Assembly (NCBI GenBank): GCA_965237375.1 | Contig: CBDEFI010000002.1 | Location: 197,499 to 261,498, forward strand | From: Acidimicrobiales bacterium | GTDB taxonomy: Bacteria; Actinomycetota; Acidimicrobiia; Acidimicrobiales; CATQHL01 | Length of the DNA stretch: 64,000 nucleotides | Direction of reading: 5' to 3' | Part shown: one piece after another, positions 63,465 through 64,000 of the stretch | How the letters are laid out: every line of letters starts with the position of its first letter | Numbering within the stretch: the first letter of the stretch is position 1 | Position numbers and translations under genes: made by a program | The notes under the pieces: model-generated | The model's database searches: none | Told to the model about the DNA's origin: nothing | The model's input: only the letters and a program-made list of their open reading frames with translations

Positions 63465-64000
63465 TCAGTAGCTGTACCAGCAAGCGACCTCGCCGTCGGG
63501 GCGGAGTGCGCAGGTGTGGTAGGCGCCGGCGTCGATGGCCGTGAAGGGGCCGGGTGGGGGTTCGGTGTTTGCGGTGTCGGCGGGCGGGTCTATGTAGGAT
63601 TCTGCGACGCCGTTTCCCCAGCAGACCGCTTCGCTGTCGGCGGTGAGTGCGCAGGTGTGGTAGGCGCCGGCGGTGATGGCGGTGTGGGTGCCGGTCGGGG
63701 CTTCGGTTTGGCCGTAACGGTTGTCGCCCCAGCACAGGACATTCCCGGTGGCACGGAGTGCGCAGGTGTGTTCGCCGCCGGCGGCGATGTCGACGTAAGG
63801 CGCGGCGGAGAGACGGGCGGGCGGGACGCGGGTTTGGCCGCTGTCGTTGTCGCCCCAGCAGACGGCTTCGCCGTCGACGCGCACCGCGCAGGTGTGCTGG
63901 TAGTACTCGGGGTAGTACTGGACGGTTTGACGGCGGGTTTCGCCGATGCTGATGGTTGTGGAGGCGCCGGTTGGCGGGGTGTGCTTGTCGTTGTCGGCGC
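63465..64000 (-). CDS. second RCC1-like repeat protein, C-terminal part only (gene continues past the window end)
   Basis: The frame stays open upstream of the track start, which I checked by hand to at least 63960 (...TTISIGETRRQTVQYYPEYYQHTCAVRVDGEAVCWGDNDSGQT...). It ends with the same HTCALRPDGEVACWYSY as the first gene and is very similar at the nucleotide level. Confidence 0.8.
   Translation of the reverse strand, partial: ADNDKHTPPTGASTTISIGETRRQTVQYYPEYYQHTCAVRVDGEAVCWGDNDSGQTRVPPARLSAAPYVDIAAGGEHTCALRATGNVLCWGDNRYGQTEAPTGTHTAITAGAYHTCALTADSEAVCWGNGVAESYIDPPADTANTEPPPGPFTAIDAGAYHTCALRPDGEVACWYSY

Noticed and set aside
1-64000. Screen for rRNA, tRNA, CRISPR arrays, intact IS elements or integrases, prophage genes
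   Set aside because: I found no T-loop or anticodon-arm-like tRNA structure outside coding sequence. GGTTCGAA-like strings at about 37880 and 46395 lie inside ftsI and the transglutaminase gene. There are no regularly spaced repeats typical of CRISPR, no transposase or integrase motifs, and the only mobile-type remnant is the DUF222 pseudogene.

Overview
Very GC-rich, gene-dense chromosomal segment with almost no non-coding DNA. It reads like core Actinomycetota chromosome: an MshD-like mycothiol synthase, the Bpa proteasome activator, MtrA/MtrB plus an LpqB-like lipoprotein, DUF3040, DivIVA/Wag31, and a dcw cluster without ftsA. A finer lineage cannot be named from sequence alone. Main blocks, in order: hisC(partial)-hisD and nth; a menaquinone locus (menG/menA) disrupted by a decayed tandem duplication that carries a DUF222/HNH pseudogene and a vapBC module; a DUF255 thioredoxin-like gene; a thiolase/DUF35 pair; dnaE; bpa; rrf2; rluD-lspA-dksA-like; ileS; a complete division/cell-wall block (divIVA, yggT, sepF, yggS, pgeF, ftsZ, ftsQ, murB, murC, murG, ftsW, murD, mraY, murE, ftsI, ftsL-like, rsmH, mraZ); an HNH/LplA-like pair; moxR-DUF58-transglutaminase; DUF3040; dinB; mtrAB-lpqB-like; pfk, an aminotransferase and a ROK kinase; SRPBCC-membrane-GT4-queG; trpD. 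The window ends with two tandem paralogous genes for very large exported RCC1-like repeat proteins (about 22 Cx10CW blades). I found no rRNA, tRNA, CRISPR array or intact transposase. The points most worth a second look are the RCC1-like tandem pair and its duplicated 3' flank, the menG/menA duplication scar with foreign-looking inserts, a perfect 18-bp inverted repeat enclosing a long hairpin between mraZ and rsmH, a three-box GTGG(G/T) operator-like array upstream of mraZ, a dcw cluster that lacks murF but contains murB, and a DksA/TraR-type protein that has lost three of its four zinc cysteines. Many long ORFs in the supplied track are antisense or alternate-frame artefacts of the high GC content and were rejected.
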